Shown in pieces: positions 8,908-19,307 of a stretch of DNA of 64,000 bases. Numbering within the stretch: the stretch's first letter is position 1; each line of letters opens with the position of its first letter. This stretch comes from a virus. Lineage: Duplodnaviria > Caudoviricetes. A model generated the notes under the pieces. It was not told the origin of the DNA and ran no database searches. It saw only the letters and a program-made list of their open reading frames with translations. The stretch lies in the IMG/VR virus record IMGVR_UViG_3300046318_000439, positions 96,001 to 160,000 of that record. One strand, given 5' to 3'. Both the position numbers and the translations under genes were made by a program.

Positions 8908-10058
8908 ACGAAACCAACCTTTCTACCAATTGTTTTTGTTTCATGTTTTTGAACATCACCATTAAATATTTCAGCAAGCGTCCATTTATCTTTTGTAGCA
9001 ATGGTACGTCCAGCTTTCTTAGCTACTACCTCTGCCTCATCTTGCGTTAGCGTATCGAAGTGAAGAATATCGAAGCAGCGGCCAGGACGAACAAGAGCAG
9101 AATCAACATCTCTAATAGATGGTAAGTTTGTAGAGAAGATTAACTTCTTACCTTTAGTAGTTACGAGGCCATCACCAACGTTAAGGAAGCGATGCATCAT
9201 TGAGTTGCCTTCGCTTCTAGCCTTTAGGAACGTATCAGCATCTTCCATCACCATCACGTTAGTATCATTCTCAATAAACTGAGCAAACACATAATCCTTT
9301 TCTAGGATTGCAGCATCATATGTTACAATAGCACTTGACTTAGTGTGTTGTAGGAATCCACGAATGAATGTAGTCTTACCAGTTCCTGGTGGACCAATCA
9401 ACAACAAAATAGAAGCATCCGATTCTAAGAAACGATCGTAGAAATCTTCTACTGCCTCACCCTTAAGGAATGGATACATCTCTGTAGAGGGTGTACGGTC
9501 AGTACGTAAAGGAACGTTCACTGATTGACCATCAGTCGAATACATCCATTCAACATAAGATTCTGCAATCTCAAACTTGCCACCAACGATATCCATGAAT
9601 GCATCGATCTCATCTTGTGTGCCATATACCTTAACATCGATTGCATTAGCATTTAATGAAGCATCAATCCATGAGTTATCTTCTTGATTAATGATCAGCA
9701 TTCCGTTGGAAGAGTAATGAATGATTTTGTATTTCATGTCATCAGTACTAAATCTATTCTTAACATACTCACTCCAACCTTGGCGTGTTGCTAATAGTGT
9801 AGCTTCTTCTAATAACGTATTCTTATCTTGACGATTGAAAAGCAACCGCGTCGTCATATGATCAGATACATCTGATGATGCTAGAAAGAATTCGTTGTTT
9901 GTTGTACTCATTGGTGTTTCTCTATATGGATAGCGTTTATTAAATCTGTTAACCGTCACTCGGCGTACAAGCGATGTCGTATTTGAAGCTCTAGAAGCTC
10001 GTTTTAGTTTTCTAATTTGAGCTGGCGTGAAGCCCATCTCTCTAAGAAACTTACTCAT
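8904..10058 (-). CDS. AAA+ ATPase
   Basis: Walker A GPPGTGKT, Walker B VMEDAD, STN sensor and ALVRPGR arginine finger. Confidence 0.9.
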   Translation of the reverse strand: MSKFLREMGFTPAQIRKLKRASRASNTTSLVRRVTVNRFNKRYPYRETPMSTTNNEFFLASSDVSDHMTTRLLFNRQDKNTLLEEATLLATRQGWSEYVKNRFSTDDMKYKIIHYSSNGMLIINQEDNSWIDASLNANAIDVKVYGTQDEIDAFMDIVGGKFEIAESYVEWMYSTDGQSVNVPLRTDRTPSTEMYPFLKGEAVEDFYDRFLESDASILLLIGPPGTGKTTFIRGFLQHTKSSAIVTYDAAILEKDYVFAQFIENDTNVMVMEDADTFLKARSEGNSMMHRFLNVGDGLVTTKGKKLIFSTNLPSIRDVDSALVRPGRCFDILHFDTLTQDEAEVVAKKAGRTIATKDKWTLAEIFNGDVQKHETKTIGRKVGFV

Positions 10059-10371
10059 CTGTGTCTACTTCTGTATATTCTTTTTCAATTTCTATACGTA
10101 ACAAGTTTTCATAATCTTCTAAGAGATCATAATCAGAGTAGTCCTCGTACTGCTCGGCCTTTGCTCCGCCAAGGCCTCTGATACGATCTACTATTTGTTG
10201 TCTTAGCGGTTTCATTATTTTGCCAGTTGTTGTGTGAATAATATCATAATGATGATTATAAAGCAGGTACTAAAATAAATCCACTCTGATGAACTAAACT
10301 TTGAATTATTTTTACCACAAGTACATGGATCTCGTCCTTGTCTGCAATTGCAATCTTTACAATTGTTCATA

Positions 10372-11697
10372 TTAGCCTTTCAGTTTATCTAGTGTGTCAG
10401 CAGTATCCTTATCTTCACGCACTTCTAAAAAGATAGGAAGGAATAACGACTTAGTATCTTTTGTTTTATCATCAACAATAGCATTGTACTTCACTGTAAT
10501 AACTTTACCAACGACATCTGGAGTAATGTTATCACGATCAGCATCAGTAAGACCTGAGCCAACACCAACCTTTAACTTACCACATGCAGACTCAAGCTGC
10601 AGAGCTCCTAAACGTCCAGCATTCTTACCAGTACCTTCCTCCCAAGCTGTACAGATAAGGTCACACTCATACTCACCTTTGAATTTAATCTGATGCTTAG
10701 CACGTTTGTCTTCCCAAATACCATCACGAGTCTTTAGGATAATGCCTTCTTGTCCTTCGCCTAGGAACTTCTCAAACAACGCTTGCGCTTCTTCTTTGTC
10801 CTTAACCTCTTTATGCCACACCAAAGATGCTAAGTATCCAACACCTGACTTCTCTTTCATATCAGATAATGCATTACTTAACTTCGCAATACGAATGGAG
10901 TATGGTTCATCAAACTTACCTTCTGCAAAGTTTTCTAATGGAATAGCATCCCAAAGAGTAGCACGAACATCCAAGGCCTCATCGCCTGACATTGTACCCT
11001 TCACTGCTTTATTGAGAATACCATTACCAGTCTTACGATCGAGTGGCTTACTACCAGAGATGTCTACGACAAGCAGCTCACCATCAAACACCATATCGCA
11101 CCCCCAGAATCTAGCCATGTGAATAAATGGAGCTCCAATAAGGGTGGATGGAATGTCGATCAACTTACCATTACGACTGCGGAACTCACACTTACCGTTT
11201 TTAACGATAGCATTGAATCGCATTCCATCCATCTTTACTTGCACAAATGCAGGCCACTTCACCTTCTGTACAAGTTTATCTTCATAAGCGCTAGCCAACA
11301 TACACGGATACTCTGGAATCAAACCAGGCCACACCTTATTAACTGTTGACTCAGATACTCCACACTTCAGATCTTTCTCAATGATGCGCTCGATTACTCT
11401 TGCTTTATCTGTTGGCAGATTGCAAAGGATATTCCTCAGGTGTTCGATGGCAGCATTGCCAGTCAACGTTCGACCAGATAGTACTGACAATTGGTCCATT
11501 GCCTCTGTTAGGCTGATATCGACGTTGTCTATTTGTTTGTACTCAGGAATCTTTCGGATGAAGAATTGAGTGTATGGGTCTAATGCAAGAAAGATTGCTC
11601 GCTTGAGTACCTCATTGTTTTGATGTTGTTTGAGGTAATCAATTTTAAAATTACGACCATTATCACTAGCGAGAGTTTCAAATATTTGATTAATCAT
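10372..11697 (-). CDS. gp30: ATP-dependent DNA ligase
   Basis: KMDGMR (KxDG), FDGEL, EGIILK and WEEGTGK motifs. Confidence 0.95.
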   Translation of the reverse strand: MINQIFETLASDNGRNFKIDYLKQHQNNEVLKRAIFLALDPYTQFFIRKIPEYKQIDNVDISLTEAMDQLSVLSGRTLTGNAAIEHLRNILCNLPTDKARVIERIIEKDLKCGVSESTVNKVWPGLIPEYPCMLASAYEDKLVQKVKWPAFVQVKMDGMRFNAIVKNGKCEFRSRNGKLIDIPSTLIGAPFIHMARFWGCDMVFDGELLVVDISGSKPLDRKTGNGILNKAVKGTMSGDEALDVRATLWDAIPLENFAEGKFDEPYSIRIAKLSNALSDMKEKSGVGYLASLVWHKEVKDKEEAQALFEKFLGEGQEGIILKTRDGIWEDKRAKHQIKFKGEYECDLICTAWEEGTGKNAGRLGALQLESACGKLKVGVGSGLTDADRDNITPDVVGKVITVKYNAIVDDKTKDTKSLFLPIFLEVREDKDTADTLDKLKG

Positions 11698-12046
11698 TGC
11701 GTCTCATCTTCGAAATATCAACAGCAGCTTCTTCGCTGAAAATAGGAACCAGGTTTGATTTGTGCATTGTACCAATGCCAATAACTTTACTGCCAGTGTA
11801 TACATTAGCACTTGGCTTAGTAGCAGTCATACCGCCACTATCAACCGATTGAATAGTTTTAAAGTCCATTGAACCTGGACGTACAAACTTAGGTGTAGGA
11901 GTATAAGTCTTAACTATTTCATATGTCTTAGCTTTATTCTCAACTAAGCCATACTTTGCCTTATACTCTTCCCAAGCATCCTTTTGCTTCTCGCGTTGTT
12001 TACGAGTAGTCTTTGATTTAGTACTGAATTGAATAACAGCCATCAC
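11690..12046 (-). CDS. Conserved T4-like hypothetical protein
   Basis: YTGSKVIGIGTMHKSNLVPIF motif, recalled as common next to ligase in T4-like phages. Confidence 0.65.
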   Translation of the reverse strand: MMAVIQFSTKSKTTRKQREKQKDAWEEYKAKYGLVENKAKTYEIVKTYTPTPKFVRPGSMDFKTIQSVDSGGMTATKPSANVYTGSKVIGIGTMHKSNLVPIFSEEAAVDISKMRRND

Positions 12047-12066
12047 TTTTCTCCATAATATAATAC

Positions 12067-12095
12067 ATTATCCCTTTTTATGAGAAAAATGTCAA
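12067..12095 (-). promoter_or_regulatory. Sigma70-type early promoter
   Basis: TTGACA-17-GATAAT. Confidence 0.7.
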
Positions 12096-12096
12096 C

Positions 12097-12330
12097 TCAA
12101 TCGTGGTAGAATTTTCGCTGTACTCCAAGCACATGGTGAGTTATTTTGTCCTGAATCATGTCAGGTACCGTAAGATATGGCCACTCTAACACAAAAGGAC
12201 AAACGAAACTTTTCCAGCTCTTATGCTGCAAGAAGTGCTTATATTCTTCTCTGTCCTTTTTCTTAGACGGATCAAAGCGACGCTTGACATTAACAGCTTG
12301 ATGCCATTCAAATAAACGTGTACTATACAT
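12097..12330 (-). CDS. Hypothetical protein
   Basis: 77-aa ORF, CPFVLEWPYLTVPDMI. Confidence 0.6.
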   Translation of the reverse strand: MYSTRLFEWHQAVNVKRRFDPSKKKDREEYKHFLQHKSWKSFVCPFVLEWPYLTVPDMIQDKITHHVLGVQRKFYHD

Positions 12331-12566
12331 TATTGTATTGTCCTTTTCGCAGTTTGATAGTTGAGTTTATAAGCTACAGCATCCATCACTAATGCTTTAA
12401 GCTCAACTACCTCTTCAAAGGTCAAATAGTCTTCCGACAAATCGCCTCGAAGTACTAATTTCATACGTTCTTCTTTGGTTAGTTTATGTGTGTTCATAGG
12501 TCTGCTATCTAAAATTAAAGAACAGACCTATGAAGCCCAAGAGGGCAACATAGGGATTGATGATGC

Positions 12567-13049
12567 TTACTTAAATACGCGAGACACATAATAGTACGCG
12601 TTGGCGAATGTAATACCAAGTTCTACCTGGATCAGTTTAGCTACATCACTAGCCTTCTTATCGCGATTAGCTTCAAAGATTTCTAATGCACGTGCCTTCT
12701 TATCATTTACTGGCTTTGCTGCTGCTTCCATTTCACTCTCCTTCATAACAAACATATATGGGTGTTTAATCTTCATAACATACAATTTTTCTTGAGCAAT
12801 CAATAGAGCTGCTTCAGGATTGTAGTCTAGTTTGTTGATGATCGCTTGCTCCATCAATGCTTTCGCGATGATAGTAGCATCTACGGTACCTACAACAAAC
12901 TTACCACCAAGTTGTTTGATTATTTGATTAGACATTGCTGATGGATCTGGCGCATCAGTAATACGGTCTCCTACTTTCTGGACCGCACGGATCACAGAAG
13001 CATTAGGGTCAATGTCATACTTTTTGAACACAGACTGAACATCCATCAT
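12567..13049 (-). CDS. Hypothetical early protein, possible C-terminal HTH
   Basis: SD AAGGA; directly after a sigma70 promoter; VAKLIQVELGITFANAYYY. Confidence 0.6.
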   Translation of the reverse strand: MMDVQSVFKKYDIDPNASVIRAVQKVGDRITDAPDPSAMSNQIIKQLGGKFVVGTVDATIIAKALMEQAIINKLDYNPEAALLIAQEKLYVMKIKHPYMFVMKESEMEAAAKPVNDKKARALEIFEANRDKKASDVAKLIQVELGITFANAYYYVSRVFK

Positions 13050-13081
13050 TTTTACATCCTTTATCAGTTAAGGTATAGCCT

Positions 13082-13110
13082 ATTATATACAGTTTTTGAC
13101 CGGAAGTCAA
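13082..13110 (-). promoter_or_regulatory. Sigma70-type early promoter
   Basis: TTGACT-17-TATAAT. Confidence 0.75.
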
Positions 13111-13130
13111 CAGGCTATAACTATCTGATT

Positions 13131-13859
13131 TTAAACGTTTAATTCAGGATTTTCACGGGGATAATCAGCAGGGCTGGGAAGCGTATATAATTCATGGTAC
13201 CGCGCAAAAAGGTCTCTTGCCTTTTGACGGTAATCTGCTGTTTTCTTAACGAAAAGTTGATGCTTACTTTCACCACCTTCAACTGCAACAATGATTGCTA
13301 ACTGAGGAATGTGTAATGGTTTGATATCCTTATACATCTCTTCAATCATAATTGCATATACTGTCGATTGGATAAAGTAATCCTCAATCCAACCTTCTTT
13401 CTTGTTCTTGCTTGCTGTCTTAAAGTCAGCAATTGTATTCACACCTTGAAATCTACAGAACACATCAGTACGACCAGCTGTCTTTAGCTCATGTGAAAAT
13501 AATGCCATTTCATTTCCATAAACAATCTCAATGTTCTCATCGATTACAGGCTTTATATTCTTGAACAACTCTACAGCTATAGGCATGCTCTTACCAATAT
13601 AGTTTTCTTTATTACGGAGGTAATCCTCGCAGATTTGATGCATTTCTGTACCGCGATCTGTTGCTCGCTTTGAAATACGATTAGCTTCTGCTAAACCAAC
13701 TCTTTTTCTCCACTCGATTAAGAATGTTTGATCCTTCATTGCTGAAAGAACAGTAGTCACTGATGGGTAAAGCGCTCCGTCAGGAGTACGATAGTAGCGC
13801 TTCCCATCAATATAAGTTGAATCTAAATCAATTACCGGAAGTTCTTGTATTTCGAACAT
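13131..13859 (-). CDS. PD-(D/E)xK (Cas4/RecB-like) exonuclease
   Basis: YPSVTTVL, RGTEMH, AGRTD, IADFKT and QSTVYA motifs; likely start at 13859. Confidence 0.85.
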   Translation of the reverse strand: MFEIQELPVIDLDSTYIDGKRYYRTPDGALYPSVTTVLSAMKDQTFLIEWRKRVGLAEANRISKRATDRGTEMHQICEDYLRNKENYIGKSMPIAVELFKNIKPVIDENIEIVYGNEMALFSHELKTAGRTDVFCRFQGVNTIADFKTASKNKKEGWIEDYFIQSTVYAIMIEEMYKDIKPLHIPQLAIIVAVEGGESKHQLFVKKTADYRQKARDLFARYHELYTLPSPADYPRENPELNV

Positions 13860-14622
13860 CTTTCGCGGCTGCTTGGTCTTCGAGTTGAATCTTTGCAAGG
13901 ATATAATCTTTCACTAGGGAACTTCTAACAATATCATCAGTAGTAAACTCAATCTTCGTAAATGCACCCATTAGCTGTGCTACATCAAAAAACTTCTGTA
14001 GTCCAGATTTGTCATCACGTTTCTTTAAGTCACACTGTCTATAATCACCACACCATATAATCTTGGATCTGTGTCCAACACGAGTCATTACGGTATCAAT
14101 TTCCTCGTACGTCATGTTCTGCATTTCATCAACAATAATGATTGCATCATCGAATGTCATGCCTCGGATAAATGAAGTTGAAATAAACTCAACAACTCCT
14201 TGCTCCTCTAAACGCGCATAGGCGTCCTTTCTACCAAACAACGTTTCACATATTTGTCTATATGGTTGTTGATAAATTTCAAGCTTACCTTCAATGTCGC
14301 CTGGTAGATGTCCAATTTCTCTACCCTGCACAGCCGATCTAACTATAATAACCTTGTCAAATGGGTTGCTCTTATCTAATACTTCTTCTAACGCTTTATA
14401 CACCGCAATAAAACTTTTACCAGTACCTGCTACGCCATGTAAAGCTACAAAATAATCGCCTCGCTTATATGCATCATAAAACTTCTTCTGATTATTTGTC
14501 AACGGATCAAAAGTTTTCATATGATCCAGTTTAATCTTTAGAGGCTGATGCTGCTTTGATGGTTGCTCTGCGTGAGCTTCATTACTTACTATATGTAATG
14601 CATTGTTAGAGCGCTTGGCCAT
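13828..14622 (-). CDS. phoH: PhoH-like ATPase
   Basis: GVAGTGKS, IGHLPG, SFIRGMTF, IVDEMQN and GDYRQCD motifs. Confidence 0.92.
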   Translation of the reverse strand: MAKRSNNALHIVSNEAHAEQPSKQHQPLKIKLDHMKTFDPLTNNQKKFYDAYKRGDYFVALHGVAGTGKSFIAVYKALEEVLDKSNPFDKVIIVRSAVQGREIGHLPGDIEGKLEIYQQPYRQICETLFGRKDAYARLEEQGVVEFISTSFIRGMTFDDAIIIVDEMQNMTYEEIDTVMTRVGHRSKIIWCGDYRQCDLKKRDDKSGLQKFFDVAQLMGAFTKIEFTTDDIVRSSLVKDYILAKIQLEDQAAAKDVRNTRTSGN

Positions 14623-14640
14623 GTTTCTCCCGTATTTTTA

Positions 14641-14946
14641 TTATGACGGATTTGAGCTCCTCCACTTTCGGACAGCTCGTTCCGTTTGGACCTGCTTAAT
14701 AGATTTCCTTCCGTGATTATCTGCTAAGGGTGAATCGGGATGTGCATCAGAAATTTTAGACAATACGTCTCTAAACCCTCCAGCTACCTTATCTCTAACA
14801 GACACTCCAGAAACAATGTTTGGAGCTCCATCGATATAACGTTCGTGGGTTGGGTTCTGAGTTTTATACTCATCTAAGTCCTTGATACTCATCATGATAT
14901 CAAACACCTCATCAGTTTCAGTATCTTTGAAGGAATAGATTGGCAT
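14641..14946 (-). CDS. FmdB-like small regulatory protein
   Basis: MPIYSFKDTETDEVFDIMMSI N-terminus. Confidence 0.55.
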   Translation of the reverse strand: MPIYSFKDTETDEVFDIMMSIKDLDEYKTQNPTHERYIDGAPNIVSGVSVRDKVAGGFRDVLSKISDAHPDSPLADNHGRKSIKQVQTERAVRKWRSSNPS

Positions 14947-15116
14947 ATTACTTCGTTGTTGTCTTTTTTTGACGTGGCTTACGTGTAGCTTTAATTTTTG
15001 CTGGTGTTGCAGGCACTTCAGCTACTGGAGCTTCTTCTACCTTTACTTCTTCGGCTTTAGGTTTTGACAACCCAAATAGTTTAGCTAATGTTGAAAACAT
15101 TTTTATCTCCTAGTTA

Positions 15117-15299
15117 TTAAAAATCATCCATATCGACTAAGTTTCTCAAACTCTTTACTCTCAATGCTTTGTCAATTGCATTGTTAGCTTTTTGCTGCAT
15201 ATGCGTTTTTATCTTCTTAGATAAATGGTGGCTGTTCTCGCCATACTCTTTAAAAGATAAATGCGACTTTTTACTTTGCTTATGAGGATTGTGCTTCAT
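15117..15299 (-). CDS. Hypothetical protein
   Basis: 60-aa ORF overlapping the upstream gene. Confidence 0.55.
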   Translation of the reverse strand: MKHNPHKQSKKSHLSFKEYGENSHHLSKKIKTHMQQKANNAIDKALRVKSLRNLVDMDDF

Positions 15300-15738
15300 T
15301 TGTTACTGGCTCTGCAATAAGACCTGGAAAGGCTTCTTTTACTAATTTGTTTGTAATACCTTTGTACGGAATCTTCTTATCTTTTATTGCTACGAGTAGA
15401 TTAGCATCTTCTGGATGTACAGACTCAAGCAATTCAATATAAAGCGATTCGCGTTTTAATTTAGTGAGATTTGGATTACCTCCCTTGATAAACAAGTAGA
15501 GGCGTCGTGTCTCTGCCATCAATCTCATTTCCTGTGCTGGATATGGACATGGTTTGTAAGGTGGTGCACCTGTAGGTAGATCCCAAACAATACTAGGGTC
15601 AAGAGCATACTTCAAAATCGTTTGAAGTGCTGGTGAATTATTAGCTCTCAAGAATAATACTTTATCCTCTGTGCCTTTTAGTTTAGATGCTTGTTCGAGT
15701 ACTTGAAAAATACCTAGTCTCATATTAAAAATCGCCAA
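15280..15738 (-). CDS. Conserved T4-like hypothetical protein (rnh neighbour)
   Basis: WDLPTGAPPY...KRESLYIELLESVHPEDA motif. Confidence 0.7.
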   Translation of the reverse strand: MAIFNMRLGIFQVLEQASKLKGTEDKVLFLRANNSPALQTILKYALDPSIVWDLPTGAPPYKPCPYPAQEMRLMAETRRLYLFIKGGNPNLTKLKRESLYIELLESVHPEDANLLVAIKDKKIPYKGITNKLVKEAFPGLIAEPVTNEAQSS

Positions 15739-16585
15739 TCAGTTCAGTTAATGAATTTAGTTTATGTTTTTTTAGATATGCCAACAATAAGTGCTTAGTC
15801 TTACCTGCTTGGGCTTGATAAGCTGCCATAATATCGACACGCAAATTTTCCGGAATCATGTGTAGATCAATTAGCTGTTCGTTGCGTTTAAAATTCTTCA
15901 ATTGATCTTCCGGTAAGACTGTGGAAAGATCGGCAACGCTTGTGAGAAACTCAATACGCTTCGCTGGAAGTGATTTCTGACGTTCTCCCTCAGCAATACA
16001 ATTGTCTGCAGACATGATGTTAGGAATACCGTCTCCGCGGTCTCCTTTAAGGATGTGTTCTCGCAGATATCTGTGAGGATCCACGTGCTTAATGTATTTT
16101 TTAAGAACAGGGTTGTACTGTTCGACATTTCCATATACTTGTAACTGAACAAAATCTTTATCTCCAGAAAGAATTATAATTTTTTCCGAAGAATTAAGGA
16201 TAGTACCAAATTCAATGCAGAGTGTAGCAATAACATCATCAGCTTCTGCTCCATCCACCTGAACTACTCTATAAGGAGAATTCGTCTTTAATTCGTCCTT
16301 AACCTTATTTAGACAATTGAATATTTGGTTCCAATCAACATCTGATTCTTCCCTTGCCTTTTTGCGGTTAGCTTTGTAATACGGGAATATTTGTTTACGC
16401 CAGTAAAATTTATCATCACAGGCGATTATCATTTCTCCGTGATCCCGGAACTGCTTACGGTAAGAACGCAATGCGTTAAGGACCATGTGTCTAAACAGGT
16501 CCTCTTCGATTGCTGTATTTGTGTGGTTTCCAAGTTGAGCCATTATGTTGGCAATCATAACTTGGTTAATGTCGACTATTATCAT
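15725..16585 (-). CDS. rnh: RNase H / 5'-3' flap exonuclease
   Basis: IIVD, YYKANRK, EADDVIA, ILSGDKDFVQL and GDRGDGIPN motifs. Confidence 0.93.
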   Translation of the reverse strand: MIIVDINQVMIANIMAQLGNHTNTAIEEDLFRHMVLNALRSYRKQFRDHGEMIIACDDKFYWRKQIFPYYKANRKKAREESDVDWNQIFNCLNKVKDELKTNSPYRVVQVDGAEADDVIATLCIEFGTILNSSEKIIILSGDKDFVQLQVYGNVEQYNPVLKKYIKHVDPHRYLREHILKGDRGDGIPNIMSADNCIAEGERQKSLPAKRIEFLTSVADLSTVLPEDQLKNFKRNEQLIDLHMIPENLRVDIMAAYQAQAGKTKHLLLAYLKKHKLNSLTELIGDF

Positions 16586-16591
16586 TCCGCA

Positions 16592-16620
16592 AGTATATCA
16601 TATTTGATTAGTAAAATCAA
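16592..16620 (-). promoter_or_regulatory. Sigma70-type promoter
   Basis: TTGATT-17-TATACT. Confidence 0.55.
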
Positions 16621-16623
16621 CTG

Positions 16624-17565
16624 TTAGGCAACACCTTTATCTTGTAGGATAGATGTCAAAAAGGCTTTCCACTGTTGTTCCCGGTATTGCCAGCTATAAA
16701 ACACATCAGCATACGATTTTTGACCACCTAAACGCGTTTGTACTCCATCCGTCCAGTAATTATCAATGCCTGCTGCAAGGTGATTGTACAAAATCTTTGC
16801 GTGGTCACGTTTATCTTGAGCCCACTGGTACATCCATGTCCAGTTAGCAGCCGTTTCATACAAAGCTCCATAATTGGGATGGATGCATAAACAACCAGCA
16901 CTCATTCCTTCCATAAGAGCCATGCATGATGTCTCTAACCATATTGATGGATATGCTTGAATGTGAGCTTCAGCCAATGCTGCTCGTACTACCTCATTTG
17001 GTTGGTATCCATGATAGTTAATTTTAGGATGATCTTCACAGCGTTTAAACAGCTCTTTATACGGTTCATCACGTTCTTCCCATCCATATGCCTTAAAAGA
17101 AGAGAACACGTCTAATTCGATGTTATCGTAGTTTTTACACAGCTCCTCAAACACAGGAACGAGAATCTCCAATCCACGGTGGGGAGTTGTATTGTAGATA
17201 ATTTTAATCTTATCTTTTGACTTTTCTTTTACTTGGATTGGTTCAATGGCATTTTGAATAACGACAGATTTATACCACGGTAAACCATAATGTTGTTGAT
17301 ATTGTTGGAACTGCCAATTAGAAACAAAAATAAGTTTTTCGAATTGATTCCAGCCACCATTAGCTAGGTGAGCTGATTCTGGGTCACTAGGTAGGTCATG
17401 CAACCAATATAGTTCAATCTTACCAGGTTCTGTTCCACGAAAACGGCTAGCAGTGATGTGAAACTTATCTAGGAGTTCAGGTTCAATCCGATCCTGCAAA
17501 CCATGCTTCATCATTTCTGTGCCGCCATTAGCATTCTTACTCATTTCATCTGTTGCAATAGACAT
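16624..17565 (-). CDS. GT-B glycosyltransferase (GT4-like)
   Basis: NGGTEMM, TTPHRGLE and YPSIWLETSCMALMEGMSAG (E-x7-E) motifs. Confidence 0.85.
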   Translation of the reverse strand: MSIATDEMSKNANGGTEMMKHGLQDRIEPELLDKFHITASRFRGTEPGKIELYWLHDLPSDPESAHLANGGWNQFEKLIFVSNWQFQQYQQHYGLPWYKSVVIQNAIEPIQVKEKSKDKIKIIYNTTPHRGLEILVPVFEELCKNYDNIELDVFSSFKAYGWEERDEPYKELFKRCEDHPKINYHGYQPNEVVRAALAEAHIQAYPSIWLETSCMALMEGMSAGCLCIHPNYGALYETAANWTWMYQWAQDKRDHAKILYNHLAAGIDNYWTDGVQTRLGGQKSYADVFYSWQYREQQWKAFLTSILQDKGVA

Positions 17566-17567
17566 AA

Positions 17568-17900
17568 TTATTCAATTCCGAATTCAATTGTATTAACAGT
17601 ATCTAGTCGGAAAGATCTCCACGCATTCTTTTCCATATCCCATACTGCAAGCGTTTCTGTATTTTCTTCTTTCACACGCTCGGTTGTTTTTTCGTGCGGA
17701 ACCACAACACCTTCTTGGAGTGTACACTTCATTTTACGTTCCGTACCATCCTTCTTAGTGAAGGTCACATATACAGGACCCATTTTGAGGTGAGATTTCA
17801 ACCAGTCTCTGCCTTCTTGTGTTGCAAGGGGCTTTTCACATGTTGTAGTGCCTAGTGGTCCGTTTTCCATAATCATTTTCCTTTTCTCACGATTAACCAT
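17568..17900 (-). CDS. WYL_2/SH3-like conserved T4-like protein
   Basis: FTKKDGTERKMKCTL...VWDMEKNAWRSFR. Confidence 0.7.
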   Translation of the reverse strand: MVNREKRKMIMENGPLGTTTCEKPLATQEGRDWLKSHLKMGPVYVTFTKKDGTERKMKCTLQEGVVVPHEKTTERVKEENTETLAVWDMEKNAWRSFRLDTVNTIEFGIE

Positions 17901-18073
17901 GATTCTTTTGCAAAAGATAGCTGAGTGGCTCCCCTACTAGGAACGTTCATTACCCAATAGGATTTGCCATCAATATCTCGCTCATTCACAATGTTACCAT
18001 AAATCATCTCACTATTGAAACGATTCTTAATAACAGCGTCATATTTTATTTGGTATTGATTCTTTTTCATCAT
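17873..18073 (-). CDS. Hypothetical protein
   Basis: 66-aa ORF downstream of the tRNA. Confidence 0.55.
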   Translation of the reverse strand: MMKKNQYQIKYDAVIKNRFNSEMIYGNIVNERDIDGKSYWVMNVPSRGATQLSFAKESWLIVRKGK

Positions 18074-18082
18074 ATCATTTTA

Positions 18083-18159
18083 TGGTGGGCCGAGTAGGAC
18101 TTGAACCTACGACCAACGGGTTATGAGCCCGCTGCTCTAACCAACTGAGCTATCGGCCC
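18083..18159 (-). tRNA. tRNA with CAT anticodon, probably Ile2 (lysidine type)
   Basis: Full cloverleaf with encoded CCA; C4-G69 and C5-G68 pairs fit TilS/IleRS determinants; elongator Met cannot be excluded. Confidence 0.8.
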
Positions 18160-18304
18160 TATTCATACTCCCTTGTTGGAATATCAGCTGTGCCTCGTCT
18201 TACCTTTCCATTCATCTTGTGAATGGTGTGGTCTATTCTATCCTTCCAATATGGAGGGACAAAATTTCGTAGCACATTTAAAAATTTAACTAATTCGTCT
18301 GGGT

Positions 18305-18508
18305 TCATTTAGTGGAGTGTATTTTATCTTTAAAAGAGTTCCATTGGTCCATAGACATTTGAAGTCTTTGCATTTGACCATCTCGATCTTGGAACACTTC
18401 TACATTATACATCCCAACGTAGGCAGAAATCAACGCTTCGCCAACCTGCTGTTCAAAGTCAGGCTTTCTTTCTGGTTTTGGGTGGAGTCTTCCTAGTACT
18501 GCTTTCAT
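18305..18508 (-). CDS. Hypothetical protein
   Basis: 67-aa ORF. Confidence 0.5.
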   Translation of the reverse strand: MKAVLGRLHPKPERKPDFEQQVGEALISAYVGMYNVEVFQDRDGQMQRLQMSMDQWNSFKDKIHSTK

Positions 18509-18905
18509 TTAAAATATGCTTTCTATGTACTCGACAAATAACCCAATCATTATAATACAAATCTGGATTTAAGAGAACATCTCTTTGTATTTGTTCTTTA
18601 GTCTCCAAATAAGAACACTCACCTTTAGATTTGCATAAGTGTAATATTTCTCGTTTGAAAGCACCTTCTCCAAGTAGCTCTACGTCTTTATTGAGGGCAA
18701 TAGATGACCCGTAGTAACTTTTCCAGTCACTCTCGCCCAAGTATCGTACTTTTTTCTTTTTGAGGATTTTGGTTTTCTTAAACCAAAAAAGTTTCTTACC
18801 AATATATTGCTTGCCTGTTTGCAAGTTGGTAATGTTGTATACAAATCCATAATGCTCTTCAGCTGGACTTTCAAACACTTCCCCATTATAAAACCATTCA
18901 TTCAT
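18459..18905 (-). CDS. Stand-alone GIY-YIG endonuclease domain
   Basis: GFVY-x10-YIG, YYGSS, conserved E and YYN. Confidence 0.85.
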   Translation of the reverse strand: MNEWFYNGEVFESPAEEHYGFVYNITNLQTGKQYIGKKLFWFKKTKILKKKKVRYLGESDWKSYYGSSIALNKDVELLGEGAFKREILHLCKSKGECSYLETKEQIQRDVLLNPDLYYNDWVICRVHRKHILNESSTRKTPPKTRKKA

Positions 18906-19307
18906 TATACTATATATTCAAAAGGAGACAACTATGTTATTTTGGTTATTATTTTTCGCTGTTGCTAGTCTTATCGTCATCGGTATGATAAAATTGAGAG
19001 ACTGGATCGACGGCCCAGAAAACAAATAATTTACTAAGTATTCCTATATACTTATCCATGTTAAAATATATTATGTTTTATGCTAAACGAGGGATGAATA
19101 TGATTCGAATATTTACTCGTAGGGCTAAATCTTTATGCCTTTCTGCCATTGGCAGGAAACCTAACAGTGGTTGGAGTAAAGAGTTGTATAGAGATGGAAA
19201 GAGCAACTACTACGACGCTAAGGCTGATAGCACCAACACATACAACCTTCATAAAAAGTAACAAAAGTTACACAACTAACTTCCCACCCGTAAAAACTGT
19301 TTAGAGT

